Shown here piece by piece: positions 44,277-53,980 of a stretch of 64,000 bases of DNA. This stretch comes from Chloroflexi bacterium RBG_16_56_11. GTDB lineage: Bacteria > Chloroflexota > Dehalococcoidia > Dehalococcoidales > RBG-16-60-22. Positions within the stretch are counted from its first letter, which is position 1; the number at the start of each line of letters is the position of its first letter. The DNA is taken from contig MGNQ01000051.1 of NCBI GenBank assembly GCA_001796865.1, positions 65,126 through 129,125 on the forward strand, in the 5' to 3' direction. The translations under genes and the position numbers were made by a program. The notes under the pieces are model-generated. The model was not told where the DNA came from. It did not search any database and saw nothing but the letters and a program-made list of their open reading frames with translations.

Positions 44277-45082
44277 TGGCTACAGACCGAACGAATAAAT
44301 GGATATTCGAGTCCTTCATTAAAGAGGCCCGGGATACGCCTTTCTCCGGCTGGGATTTCTCTTATCTTATACGGACGGGCCGTATGGCGGAAGCCCCGCT
44401 CAGGTGGAACTATTTTAATGTGGTGCTGCCCTATCTGCGTAAAGCTGATACCATGCTGGATATGGGGACGGGGGGAGGGGAGGTGCTTGCCGGGTTTCAG
44501 CTTCTGCCGCCTGTCACCTGTGCTACGGAGCAATATCACCCTAACGTGGCTGTGGCCAGAAAGAGACTGGAGCCGCTGGGCGTGAAAGTCTTTGAAATCG
44601 AAGAGGAAAAGGAGCCTCCCTATAATGCCTCCCTGGCTTTCGATGACGCCTTCTTCGACCTGGTTATCAACCGGCATGAAGCTTATTACCCGCCGGAGTT
44701 GATGAGAATACTCAAGCCCGGCGGTACTTTTATTACGCAACAGGTGGGGAGCCTCACTAATGTCCCTCTCGTGCAGTTTCTCCTGGGCAAGACTATTCCC
44801 GTGTCTAATTGGAACCTAAAATCTGCCGTGGATGAACTTAAAGCAGCGGGATTCAAGATAATACAAAGTCAGGAAGATATCAAGTTTTATCGGTATTATG
44901 ATATCGGCGCTATTGGCTATTTACTTAAGGCAATACCTTGGACTATTGAAGATTTTTCGGTAGAAAAATACAGGGACAAGCTGTGGGAACTTCATATCAG
45001 GATTAGTGAGGATGGTTATTTTGATACGCCCCAGCACAGGTTTCTCATCTTAGCAAGAAAATATAATGACAAATATAAGTAA
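44276..45082 (+). CDS. Class I SAM-dependent methyltransferase
   Basis: MLDMGTGGGEVL motif I and LKPGGTFITQQ. GTG start. Confidence 0.7.
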   Translation: MATDRTNKWIFESFIKEARDTPFSGWDFSYLIRTGRMAEAPLRWNYFNVVLPYLRKADTMLDMGTGGGEVLAGFQLLPPVTCATEQYHPNVAVARKRLEPLGVKVFEIEEEKEPPYNASLAFDDAFFDLVINRHEAYYPPELMRILKPGGTFITQQVGSLTNVPLVQFLLGKTIPVSNWNLKSAVDELKAAGFKIIQSQEDIKFYRYYDIGAIGYLLKAIPWTIEDFSVEKYRDKLWELHIRISEDGYFDTPQHRFLILARKYNDKYK

Positions 45083-46778
45083 GGTACAAAAACTCATCTC
45101 CGTCGCCAGGGGCCAGGCATCCGCCGACCTGGTCCTGGCCAACGCCCGCGTGGTCAATACCTTTAACGGCAAGATAGAGAAGGTAGACGTGGCCATTTGC
45201 GGGGACAGGGTGGCCGGGCTTGGTGACTATAAACAGGCAAAAAAGGTCGTGGATTTAGCCGGAAGATACGTGGTTCCCGGGCTCATCAACGGCCATACCC
45301 ACATCGAAAGCTCGATGCTGGACGTCGGCGAGTATGCCCGGGCGGTTGTGCCGCACGGCACAGCAGCGGTGGGGACGGCCCTCCATGAGATAGCCAACGT
45401 CTGCGGAACGGAAGGCCTCAAGTACGTGCTGGACTCCGCCCGGCGTTTGCCACTGGACCTATTTTTAATGGCGCCTTCCTGCGTTCCCGCCACTCACCTG
45501 GAGACGTCCGGGGCGGCGATTGGTGTGGATGACATCCGGCGTATCCTGAGGTGGCGGGGTTGTATCGGGCTGGGAGAAGTGATGAACTATCCCGGCGTCC
45601 TGCTCGGCGACGGCGAGATACTGGGGAAAATAGCCGCGGCCCGGGGGAGGGTCATCGACGGGCACGCCCCCGGACTGAAGGGGAAAGACCTGGACGCCTA
45701 TATAGCGGCGGGCATCGGCTCCGACCACGAATGCGTCACACTGGCCGAGGCGGAGGAGAAGCTGCGGCGGGGGATGCACATCATGATAAGGGAAGGCTCG
45801 GCAGAGAAAAACCTCGAAGCACTGCTGCCGCTGGTGACCGACAGAACCTATACGCGTTGTTTGTTCGTCACGGACGACCGCCACGCCGAAGATATCCTCC
45901 GGGACGGAGACGTCGACGCCGTGGTACGGAAGGCTATCCGGCTGGGGCTGGACCCGGTGCGGGCCGTCCAGATGGCCACCATCAATCCCGCGGCCTATTT
46001 CCGGCTGGAAAGGCTCGGTGCGGTAGCGCCAGGCTACTATGCCAACCTCCTGGTGCTGGATGACCTCGCCGGTTTCACGGTGAATACCGTGTACTATCAC
46101 GGGCGTCCGGTAGCGCAAGAAGGCAAGCCGTTGTTCACACCCCGCCCCTCCCGAACTGCCCGGCCGACGCACACCGTAAACATCAAACCGTTTACCGTCG
46201 GGGCGCTGAAACTGAGAGCCAGGGGAGCGAATTTCCCCGTTATCGAAGTTATCCCCGGGCAAATAATTACGAAAAAACGGCAAATGAATATTATGGTAAA
46301 AGAAGAATTTATCGAGGCCGACGTGGAGAGAGATGTCCTTAAGGCGGTAGTGGTCGAGCGGCACCACGCCACCGGAAATATCGGGGTGGGGCTGGTCACC
46401 GGCTTCGGTCTTAAAAAGGGGGCGCTGGCCTCCTCGACGGCCCATGATTCGCACAATATCGTCGCCGTCGGCGCCAGCGATGAAGACATCTTCGCTGCCG
46501 TGAAGGAAATCGAGCGACGACAAGGCGGATTGGTCGCGGTGGCTGACCGCAGGGTTGTGGTTGGGCTGAGCACGCCCGTCGCCGGCCTACTGTCCACTGA
46601 GCCCCTGGAGGAAGTCGTGGCCGGGCTGGAAAGACTGGAAAAGGCGGCCAGAGGCCTGGGGGCCACATTACCCTCACCCTTCGCCACTCTTTCGTTCCTG
46701 GCGCTGCCGGTGATACCGGAACTGAGGCTGACAGACCTCGGGCTGGTGGATGTCAATGAGTTCAAGCTGATAACATAG
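45066..46778 (+). CDS. ade: Adenine deaminase
   Basis: 570 aa. PGLINGHTHIESSM metal motif, with amidohydrolase plus adenine-deaminase C-terminal domain architecture. Confidence 0.85.
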   Translation: MTNISKVQKLISVARGQASADLVLANARVVNTFNGKIEKVDVAICGDRVAGLGDYKQAKKVVDLAGRYVVPGLINGHTHIESSMLDVGEYARAVVPHGTAAVGTALHEIANVCGTEGLKYVLDSARRLPLDLFLMAPSCVPATHLETSGAAIGVDDIRRILRWRGCIGLGEVMNYPGVLLGDGEILGKIAAARGRVIDGHAPGLKGKDLDAYIAAGIGSDHECVTLAEAEEKLRRGMHIMIREGSAEKNLEALLPLVTDRTYTRCLFVTDDRHAEDILRDGDVDAVVRKAIRLGLDPVRAVQMATINPAAYFRLERLGAVAPGYYANLLVLDDLAGFTVNTVYYHGRPVAQEGKPLFTPRPSRTARPTHTVNIKPFTVGALKLRARGANFPVIEVIPGQIITKKRQMNIMVKEEFIEADVERDVLKAVVVERHHATGNIGVGLVTGFGLKKGALASSTAHDSHNIVAVGASDEDIFAAVKEIERRQGGLVAVADRRVVVGLSTPVAGLLSTEPLEEVVAGLERLEKAARGLGATLPSPFATLSFLALPVIPELRLTDLGLVDVNEFKLIT

Positions 46779-46805
46779 ACCGGGATATCTGATTAAGGAG
46801 ATTTA

Positions 46806-47516
46806 ATGCGCCACACCAGTGTCGAACCTATCTTCGAGAACCGCTTTGACGCCGGACGTAAGCTCGCCGAATGTTTATCCCAGTACACCGATAAGTCGGT
46901 AATCGTGCTGGGCATCCCCAACGGCGGGGTGGCCGTGGCCCTCGGGGTCGCCCTGGCCCTTAACGCCGAGCTCGACCTCATCATCTCGCGCAAGATACCG
47001 CTGCCGCTCAGCCCGGAGGGCGGGTTCGGCTCCGTCACCGACGATGGCACAACGATTTTAAACGAGGAGCTGGTAAAACACGCCGGCTTGAGCCGGCAGC
47101 AGATTGCCTACCAGGTCAACCAGGTCAGAGCCAACATCCGGCAGAGGAGCCTCCTTTACCATGACGATAGCCGCCCCCTGGCGGTAACCGGCCGGACAAT
47201 CATCGTCGTGGACGACGGCCTGGCTTCCGGCTACACGATGCGGGCAGCCATCGCTTCGCTCCGGCAGCGCCGGCCGGAAAAGATAATCGCCGCCGCGCCG
47301 GTGGGACCGGAAAAAGTAGTCGAGGAAATCCAGCAAGTAGCGGACAGCGTGGTGACGTGTGTCACCGGGAATGAAACCGTCTTCTACGTGGCGGACTATT
47401 ACCGCTACTGGCATGATGTCACGGACAAAGAGGTAATCAGCTGCCTCGATGAATGGCGGGTGAGAAAGCACGGAAGAAAGATTGAGTTGCCAGACAAAGA
47501 GCGGGAATCGATATAA
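46806..47516 (+). CDS. Phosphoribosyltransferase family protein
   Basis: FENRFDAGRKLA ... GIPNGGV ... TIIVVDDGLASGYT (PRPP loop). Confidence 0.75.
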   Translation: MRHTSVEPIFENRFDAGRKLAECLSQYTDKSVIVLGIPNGGVAVALGVALALNAELDLIISRKIPLPLSPEGGFGSVTDDGTTILNEELVKHAGLSRQQIAYQVNQVRANIRQRSLLYHDDSRPLAVTGRTIIVVDDGLASGYTMRAAIASLRQRRPEKIIAAAPVGPEKVVEEIQQVADSVVTCVTGNETVFYVADYYRYWHDVTDKEVISCLDEWRVRKHGRKIELPDKERESI

Positions 47517-47589
47517 GCTGTTCCACCCGCGTTGACATTGCATCGAGAATGACGGTGGTGAAAATTTTTCTTTCACCGGAGACGGTAGC

Positions 47590-48519
47590 ATGGACGTGAA
47601 ATTCAGGAAGTATAACGAAAATGATTACAATCGCGCGTTTAATTTCTTTCGTGATTTATATCGAGCGAGCGATAATGTACCCTTCTGGCTACCTTCACGC
47701 TGGGAGTATGCTGACTATCTTGTTTCGCCGTTGTTTAAGGACCGCGGTTCACTTATCGATTGGAAAGAAACCATTTACCTGTGGGAGACAGATAACGGCA
47801 CAATTGTAGCGATACTCTGCTCCGAGAATCCGGATGAAAATATATTTATTCATACAAAACCGGAGTTTAGATATCTGGAAGAGGAAATGATAACTGTTGC
47901 CGAAGAGAGAATAATCTCCGGCAATCTAAACCAAACAAGAATCAGCATCTGGTGTCAAAGCGGTGACCCTTACCGAGAATTGATACTGCAAAAAAGGGGA
48001 TATAAGAAGCAGATAGTTGCAGATTATTTGAATTGGCGGGACCTGGATGAGCCACTTCGCGAAATCAAAATGCCGGAAGGATATACTCTTCAAAACATGG
48101 TTAGCGAAGAAGGTCTGGACTTGCGGCACAAAATTTCCCGGATGACCGGCGCGTTCGGTTCTCCTAAACCATACCCGGTTGAAATCTATCGTAACATGCA
48201 GTCTGGACCTTCATATAGAAGGGAATTTGACCTGTACACAAAAGATAGCGGTGGGAACGTTACCTCATTTTGTATAATCTGGTACGATGAAGAATTAAAT
48301 ATTGGTTATTTCGAACCAGTAGGTACTGATGCCAGCCATCGCCATAAAGGGCTGGGAAGGGCAACTCTCAATGCCGGCCTTCGGTGTTTGAAACAAGCCG
48401 GAGTAAGCAGAGCCTATGTCGGGTCCTTCGGCGATGAGCGGATGTCGTTTTATCGCACCTCAGGTTTTACCAGTAGACTGGCCTTTCATCCCTGGACGAA
48501 AGAACTGGAGAAGGGATAA
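47590..48519 (+). CDS. GNAT family N-acetyltransferase (two-lobed, about 300 aa)
   Basis: HRHKGLGRATL acetyl-CoA loop in the C-terminal half. Visibly more AT-rich than its neighbours. Confidence 0.65.
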   Translation: MDVKFRKYNENDYNRAFNFFRDLYRASDNVPFWLPSRWEYADYLVSPLFKDRGSLIDWKETIYLWETDNGTIVAILCSENPDENIFIHTKPEFRYLEEEMITVAEERIISGNLNQTRISIWCQSGDPYRELILQKRGYKKQIVADYLNWRDLDEPLREIKMPEGYTLQNMVSEEGLDLRHKISRMTGAFGSPKPYPVEIYRNMQSGPSYRREFDLYTKDSGGNVTSFCIIWYDEELNIGYFEPVGTDASHRHKGLGRATLNAGLRCLKQAGVSRAYVGSFGDERMSFYRTSGFTSRLAFHPWTKELEKG

Positions 48520-48559
48520 ACCCCTCGCACCAGTAAGGGCAGAGGCTGTTTCTCTTTGT

Positions 48560-49309
48560 TCATCCGCTGGCCATGCCGCCGTCGACGCTGAGGACCTGGC
48601 CAGTGATGTAACGGGCCTCCTCAGAGGCGAAGAACGCCACTGCTTCGGCGACATCGCGCGGAGTGCCGGCGTATCCGACCGGTATGCGCTTGAGAAGCTC
48701 CTGCGACTGTTTTTCGTCGAGCTTCTGCGTCATCCTGGTATCGATATACCCGGGGGCGATGGCGTTGGCGGTGATGCCTCTCGAGGCCACCTCTTTCGCG
48801 ATGGAGCGGGTGAAGGCGATGACGCCCGCTTTGGCCGAGGCATAGTTGGCCTGGCCGGCGTTACCGATGATACCGACGACGCTGGCGATGCTGACAATAC
48901 GGCCGGAGCGCTGCTTGAGCATGTGCCTGACGACCGCCCGGGTACAGAGAAAAACGCTCTTAAGGTCGATGTTCAGGACGGTATCCCACTCTTCGTCGGA
49001 CATACGCATAACGAGCTGGTCGCGGGTAACTCCGGCGTTATTGACCAGGATATCGACGCGGCCGAACTGGCTGATGACGGTCTCGACGAGGCGGTTGACA
49101 TCCGCCGCCGAGCTCACATCGGCCGTAACGGCGAGACTCTGCCGCCCCAGTGACTTAATTTCCGCCGCCGTGCCTTCGAGGGCCTCGGCGGCGGACGGGA
49201 TATCGTTGACGACGACACTGGCACCGACCTCGGCCAGCTTCAAAGCGATGGCCCGGCCGATGCCCCGGGCGCTGCCGGTAACGATAGCTACTTTATTCGT
49301 GAGGTCCAT
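48560..49309 (-). CDS. fabG: 3-oxoacyl-[acyl-carrier-protein] reductase
   Basis: VTGSARGIGRAIA, NNAG and YASAKAG. It lies in a fabD-fabG context. Confidence 0.9.
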   Translation of the reverse strand: MDLTNKVAIVTGSARGIGRAIALKLAEVGASVVVNDIPSAAEALEGTAAEIKSLGRQSLAVTADVSSAADVNRLVETVISQFGRVDILVNNAGVTRDQLVMRMSDEEWDTVLNIDLKSVFLCTRAVVRHMLKQRSGRIVSIASVVGIIGNAGQANYASAKAGVIAFTRSIAKEVASRGITANAIAPGYIDTRMTQKLDEKQSQELLKRIPVGYAGTPRDVAEAVAFFASEEARYITGQVLSVDGGMASG

Positions 49310-49337
49310 ATTCCTACCTCCTGGGTACCTTTCTTTA

Positions 49338-49492
49338 CCTCACCCCCTGTCCCCCATCCTTAAAGGAAGAGGTGGAAGGACGAACAGAGGTGTCCGAAAA
49401 TTGTCATTCTGAGGGAACTCCGACTTGTCGGAGCGACCGAAGAATCCGTTCCCCCCAAGCGAAACCGGATTCTTCGCTACGCTCAGCATGAC
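49338..49492. repeat. Family-B arm plus family-A element between fabD and fabG
   Basis: cctcaccccctgtccccc..aaaggaagaggtgg, then gtcattctgagggaactccgacttgtcggagcgaccgaagaatcc ... ggattcttcgctacgctcagcatgac. Confidence 0.8.
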
Positions 49493-49528
49493 AACTTGTT
49501 GCTTTCTCTCATGGTTCAGGGGGATAGA

Positions 49529-50449
49529 TTACCTGAAACTTCTTATCGCCTCAAGGTCGCTTATGTTTATGGTCTTGACTTCTTTGTTGATACGCTTGAT
49601 GAGGCCGGTGAGCACCCTGCCCGGCCCTATCTCGATGAAAGTGGCTACTCCGCGGCCGACCATGTATTCGATGGTACGCTGCCACTGCACCGGGCTGGTG
49701 AGCTGGTCACGGAGCTCCGTCTTCACCTCTTCCGGGGTGGCAAGGGGTAAGGCGGTGACGTTGCCGATGACGGGAATGGAGGGTCGCTCAAAACGGGTGG
49801 CGTTGATATAAGCGGACATGCCTTCCACCGCGGGTTTCATGAGAGGCGAGTGGAAGGCGCCGCTTACCTGAATGGGGATAGCGCGGCTAGCCCCGGCCGC
49901 GGTTGCCAGAGCGATTGCCCGGGTGATGCTGTCAACGGCGCCGCTGATGACTATCTGTCCCGGCGAGTTGATATTCGCCATGACCGTGCCTGACTCGCGG
50001 CAGACTCCGGCCAGCCTGGCCTCATCCAGTCCGATGATGGCAGCCATGCCCCCCGGCCGCTTTTGCCCGGCCTCGTGCATCAGGCGGCCACGCTCGCGGG
50101 CGAGACGGACGGCGGTGGTAAAATCAAAAACACGGGCGACGGCCAGGGCGGTGTATTCACCAAGGCTATGCCCGGCCAAAAAAGTCGGAGAAGGTAATTT
50201 CGCCGCGGCGATTTCCCGGGCGGCCTCGAGACAGGCGAAGGCGGCGGTCACCAGGGCAGGCTGGGCGTTGATGGTCTGGCGGAGCTCTTCTTCCGGGCCT
50301 TCGAAGCAGAGCCTGGATATCGGAAATCCCAGGACCGCATCGGCACTTTCGAAGACGGCCCGGGCCGATTTTACGCTATCAAAGAGGTCGCGGCACATGC
50401 CAACCGATTGGGAGCCCTGCCCGGGGAATATCCAGGACACCTCCATCAT
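49529..50449 (-). CDS. fabD: Malonyl CoA-acyl carrier protein transacylase
   Basis: FPGQGSQSVGM and the GHSLGEYTAL active-site serine. The start is ambiguous among Met codons at 50476, 50458 and 50449. Confidence 0.9.
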   Translation of the reverse strand: MMEVSWIFPGQGSQSVGMCRDLFDSVKSARAVFESADAVLGFPISRLCFEGPEEELRQTINAQPALVTAAFACLEAAREIAAAKLPSPTFLAGHSLGEYTALAVARVFDFTTAVRLARERGRLMHEAGQKRPGGMAAIIGLDEARLAGVCRESGTVMANINSPGQIVISGAVDSITRAIALATAAGASRAIPIQVSGAFHSPLMKPAVEGMSAYINATRFERPSIPVIGNVTALPLATPEEVKTELRDQLTSPVQWQRTIEYMVGRGVATFIEIGPGRVLTGLIKRINKEVKTINISDLEAIRSFR

Positions 50450-50542
50450 CCCGGTCATCTGCCTCCTTAGAAACAATTACATCCCAGCGGAGTTCCACGG
50501 GGACCGGCAACCAAAGCAACAGGGGGCTTTTCGGAATGAGCT

Positions 50543-50743
50543 TCAGGCGGCCGGCTTTTTCTTTTCTTCAATCTTGACGACTTCCCGGCCGTTATAGGTG
50601 CCGCAGACCGGGCAGACATGATGGGGCAGCTTAGGGCTGTGACACTGGGGGCAGAGGACCATCGCCGGCGGCCTGACGGCGGTATGGCTTAAACGGTTGG
50701 CGGCGCGCGATTTACTTTTCTTTCTCTTAGGTAAAGGTCCCAT
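50543..50743 (-). CDS. rpmF: 50S ribosomal protein L32
   Basis: 66 aa. PKRKKSKSR ... CPQCHSPKLPHHVCPVCGTY zinc-ribbon form of bL32. Confidence 0.92.
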   Translation of the reverse strand: MGPLPKRKKSKSRAANRLSHTAVRPPAMVLCPQCHSPKLPHHVCPVCGTYNGREVVKIEEKKKPAA

Positions 50744-50780
50744 AAGATTACTCCATTCTCAGGCTATTTCCCTGCGGGGG

Positions 50781-51290
50781 CTATTGCAGTTTTGTCAGGG
50801 CCGACCAGCGGTGGTCAATCTCCGGTGCCGGGCAATCGCATTTCCCCTGGTTGAGGTTTTTCCCGCAGCTCTGGCAGATCCCGGCGCAGTCCTCATCGCA
50901 AAGCTCCTTCATGGGGACGGACATCAGGGCATACTGGCGTACTGCCTCGGACAGGTCCAGGGTATGGTGCTCGTCGATGGTAAAGGCGTGCGACTCTTCG
51001 GGCGGGGGCAGGGGCGTTCCGCTCAGTATATCCAGCGTGGGCAAGAACTCCTCTTCGAACCTTATCTCCAGCGGATAGCGGAACCGACACAGGCAGCGGC
51101 AACAGATGAGCGCCACCTCGGTCTTAAGCGAACAGGTGGCCAGGATGCTGCGGTCGGTGCGCAGCAGACGGCAATCGCCAGCGACGTTGTATTTATTGCC
51201 ATCTCCGATGATATCGGCCGGTTCGTCGACCCGGTACTCGCGTGTCGCCCCGATGGACTCTTTGAGTAGCTGGGATACATTTATCTGCAT
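50781..51290 (-). CDS. yceD: YceD/DUF177 family protein
   Basis: 169 aa with a C-terminal Cys-rich CDEDCAGICQSCGKNLNQGKCDC. It occupies the classic position upstream of rpmF. Confidence 0.85.
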   Translation of the reverse strand: MQINVSQLLKESIGATREYRVDEPADIIGDGNKYNVAGDCRLLRTDRSILATCSLKTEVALICCRCLCRFRYPLEIRFEEEFLPTLDILSGTPLPPPEESHAFTIDEHHTLDLSEAVRQYALMSVPMKELCDEDCAGICQSCGKNLNQGKCDCPAPEIDHRWSALTKLQ

Positions 51291-51375
51291 GAAATCCGTG
51301 TCCCGTTACTGGATACAACCCTTAATTATAAGGTAAAGGGCACGCCTGTGGCAAGCTGGTCAGTGTTAAGGCCAT

Positions 51376-51458
51376 CCCCGCAAAAGCGGGAATATGTGGG
51401 GAGGGGGCGGATTCTTCGCGGAGTTTACCCTGAGCGCAGCGTGAGGGCTCAGAATGAC
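51376..51458. repeat. Family-A modules
   Basis: ccccgcaaaagcgggaat hairpin, ggattcttcgcggagtttaccctgagcg ... ctcagaatgac. Confidence 0.75.
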
Positions 51459-51508
51459 ATTGATGGTGCCCTAGACTACCTCCGGGGAACGATTGATTGT
51501 TCGATTTC

Positions 51509-51550
51509 AAAAACACCGTGGCCGGATACCTTTTCTCGATATCCGGCCAC
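51509..51550 (-). terminator. Rho-independent terminator (minus strand) after the small membrane-protein gene
   Basis: An 11-bp stem gtggccggata / tatccggccac (51518-51528 / 51540-51550), followed on the minus strand by ggtgttttt. Confidence 0.6.
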
Positions 51551-51579
51551 AGTGGTCACTGTTCTTTTTTACGGGTGAT

Positions 51580-51732
51580 TCAGGCTACTATTTTGGCAGC
51601 TTCGGCCTTCTTTTCTCTGGCCTGGCGGACGGCCCTGACCATGCCGCCGATATTCAGGTACCAGACAAAAGCAGCGGGGAAGAGGATTAAGGGAATCGCT
51701 ACGGCGAGGGCTATAATTAACTCGGTCTGCAT
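51580..51732 (-). CDS. Small hydrophobic protein (50 aa), unannotated in the ORF track
   Basis: GGGAGG RBS 8 nt upstream of the ATG at compl. 51730-51732. Encodes MQTELIIALAVAIPLILFPAAFVWYLNIGGMVRAVRQAREKKAEAAKIVA: one TM helix plus a basic tail. A terminator follows. Confidence 0.5.
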   Translation of the reverse strand: MQTELIIALAVAIPLILFPAAFVWYLNIGGMVRAVRQAREKKAEAAKIVA

Positions 51733-52011
51733 TTTACTTTCCTCCCTTTTCTTATTTCCACTATTAGCTTAACATCCGCCTCGATAAACCTGCTTCCGCC
51801 TCGATACCTAATTCAACCTGCCGGAAACGCGTAATTTTCCAGCGATTCTCACGGCGGATTATGCTTAAGAATAACGGGGGAAATAAGTGGAAACACCTAC
51901 AGGAAGCCCATCAGCTCGTAAAAAAACTGAAACACCAGCCCGATTAACCAGCGTCTCGCAACATAGCCCCGTGCGCCGGAAAGAGGCAATAGTTGTTTTG
52001 TCGGTAAAGAG

Positions 52012-52566
52012 TTATTGAATTACTAATCTGGAAGAATAGCTGATAGCTCGAAGAGAGTCCTTTACCGGCGAAAGGTCTTCCGACATTTTTTGAGCCTGTT
52101 CCAGCTTTTCCCTCGGGGCTTTGCTTTTCACGATATGGGTCACTCTAAACGTCTGGTACCCCGGCCGGACTTTTCCCGGCTCCGGTAGTCCCAGCATGCC
52201 CTGAGGGTCAAGGTCGCCCTCGACTTCGATTCTCAGGCTTTCGATTTTGATACCGAGGAGAGCGCCCGCGGCTGCCCAACCACCGCCAATGCAGTGACCC
52301 AGGGCCGAGGCCAGCAACTCAACTGCGGATGGCCCTTTATCAGTGCCGAGAAAATCCCTGGGATGGTCACCCTCAACTTTAAAAGTCCTGGTGTGACTCA
52401 GCGTCGTGCCCCCGACCTTGAAATCTCTCACCTCCGCCACACAATTATAACCGCTTTTCCAGGTTGTGGCCGCATAAAACGTCGATTGGAAGGCGGCCGG
52501 GTTACTCCTGACATCATCGATCATTTTCTGAACGTTTTTCATTTCCAGACCATTTATTACTGCCAT
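52012..52566 (-). CDS. OsmC/Ohr family protein
   Basis: 184 aa. PSAVELLASALGHCIG and later Cys-free repeats are typical of the OsmC fold. Confidence 0.7.
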   Translation of the reverse strand: MAVINGLEMKNVQKMIDDVRSNPAAFQSTFYAATTWKSGYNCVAEVRDFKVGGTTLSHTRTFKVEGDHPRDFLGTDKGPSAVELLASALGHCIGGGWAAAGALLGIKIESLRIEVEGDLDPQGMLGLPEPGKVRPGYQTFRVTHIVKSKAPREKLEQAQKMSEDLSPVKDSLRAISYSSRLVIQ

Positions 52567-52705
52567 GTCACCATACCTCCCCGGGATTTATTATCAATTA
52601 TAGAATAAACAGGATTAAATAGTTATCTCTTTTCCCAGGGGAAAATAACAAATCCATTACATTCAGCAGTTGAGGCCAGGAGGTGAGACAGGAGAAAAAT
52701 AGATT

Positions 52706-52933
52706 TCAGGCTTTTTCCAGCTCTTCGACGGACACGTTCAGCTTAACACTTCCCGGCGCAGCCTCGCCGACCTGCCCGGGAGAAAAGAAGTACATCGTGT
52801 CGGGGCCCTCTTCCTCACGTCGGACCATGTATTTACGCGGCGTTCCTGTCCAGGTGTCCATGAAGATTTTTTCGACATTACCGATGGGCCGGCCGTCTTT
52901 GTCCACCACAGATGTCCCGAACTCAATATCCAT
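52706..52933 (-). CDS. Small PRC-barrel/DUF2171-like protein
   Basis: 75 aa. GTSVVDKDGRPIGNVEKIFMD resembles PRC-barrel proteins. The assignment is weak. Confidence 0.35.
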   Translation of the reverse strand: MDIEFGTSVVDKDGRPIGNVEKIFMDTWTGTPRKYMVRREEEGPDTMYFFSPGQVGEAAPGSVKLNVSVEELEKA

Positions 52934-52953
52934 CTCTGCCTTCCTTTAACTAT

Positions 52954-53979
52954 CTACTTTTGCGGCTCGATGACCACTTTAAGCGATTCTCCCGCCCCGG
53001 CGACGAGCTGAAAACCGAGGCCGGTCCCGGCGAGTCCCAGCCGGTGGGTAACCATCTCCCCGACCGGCAAGCGGCGGGCGTTAATGAGCTCCAGAGCGGC
53101 GGCATAGTCGGCCGGGCTTCCGGCATATGAAGTGGTCAAGGTAACATCATTACGCCAGAAAACATCGTTGACGGAAAGAGGCACCGTGACACCGGGGGAG
53201 GTGGGGGCGAAGAAAAGCACCGTCCCGCCCCGCTCGACGGCCGCCAGCGCCTTGACAAGGGCTGGCTCAGCCCCTGTGCAGACGATAACGAGGTCCGCCA
53301 GGTAACCTCCGTTAGCGTCACGGAGCCGGTCGACGTTGAACTCACCGGCGGTTATTGCCGTATCGGCCCCCAACTTTTGTGCCGTTTTCAGCCGGTAGTC
53401 ATTGATATCCACGGCCAAGATGCGGCCGGCGCCGAGCGCGCGGGCCAGCATGATATGGAGCAGCCCGGAAACGCCGCTGCCAATGACCAGGACGCTTTGG
53501 CCCGGGCGCAGGGCGGCGCGCCTCTGTCCCCTCAGGACGCAGGCCAGCGGCTCGATAAAAGTAGCTTCCTCGTAAGTCAACCCGGCGGGGAGGGGAAAGA
53601 CACCGCGGTCGACATTGATGGCGGGCAGGCGGACGTATTCAGCAAAACCGCCGGGGTCGAAGTTCGTCCGGCGCAGGGTCTCGCAGACGGTATGGTTTCC
53701 GGCCAGGCAGTAGCGGCAGGTATTGCAGGGCACGTGATGGGCGACGGCGACGCGGTCGCCAATCTTATATTTCACGCCCTCGCCCACCCCCGCGATTTCT
53801 CCGGCTATCTCATGTCCCAGGACCAGCGGGGCACGGCCGAGCCGGTACCACTCCATGACGTCACTGCCGCAGATGCCGCTGGCGATGACGCGGACCAGCA
53901 CCTCGCCGGGGCCGATTGACGGCACCGGCCTCTCTTCGATACGTACATCCCGGTTGCTGTACCAGACGGCTACGCGCAT
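52954..53979 (-). CDS. Zinc-dependent alcohol dehydrogenase (threonine/sorbitol dehydrogenase-like MDR)
   Basis: MRVAVWYSNRDVRIEERPVP ... GICGSDV ... GHEIAGEI ... GSGVSGLL. The start at Met-25 of the ORF (53979) abuts the upstream stop. Confidence 0.85.
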   Translation of the reverse strand: MRVAVWYSNRDVRIEERPVPSIGPGEVLVRVIASGICGSDVMEWYRLGRAPLVLGHEIAGEIAGVGEGVKYKIGDRVAVAHHVPCNTCRYCLAGNHTVCETLRRTNFDPGGFAEYVRLPAINVDRGVFPLPAGLTYEEATFIEPLACVLRGQRRAALRPGQSVLVIGSGVSGLLHIMLARALGAGRILAVDINDYRLKTAQKLGADTAITAGEFNVDRLRDANGGYLADLVIVCTGAEPALVKALAAVERGGTVLFFAPTSPGVTVPLSVNDVFWRNDVTLTTSYAGSPADYAAALELINARRLPVGEMVTHRLGLAGTGLGFQLVAGAGESLKVVIEPQK

Positions 53980-53980
53980 A

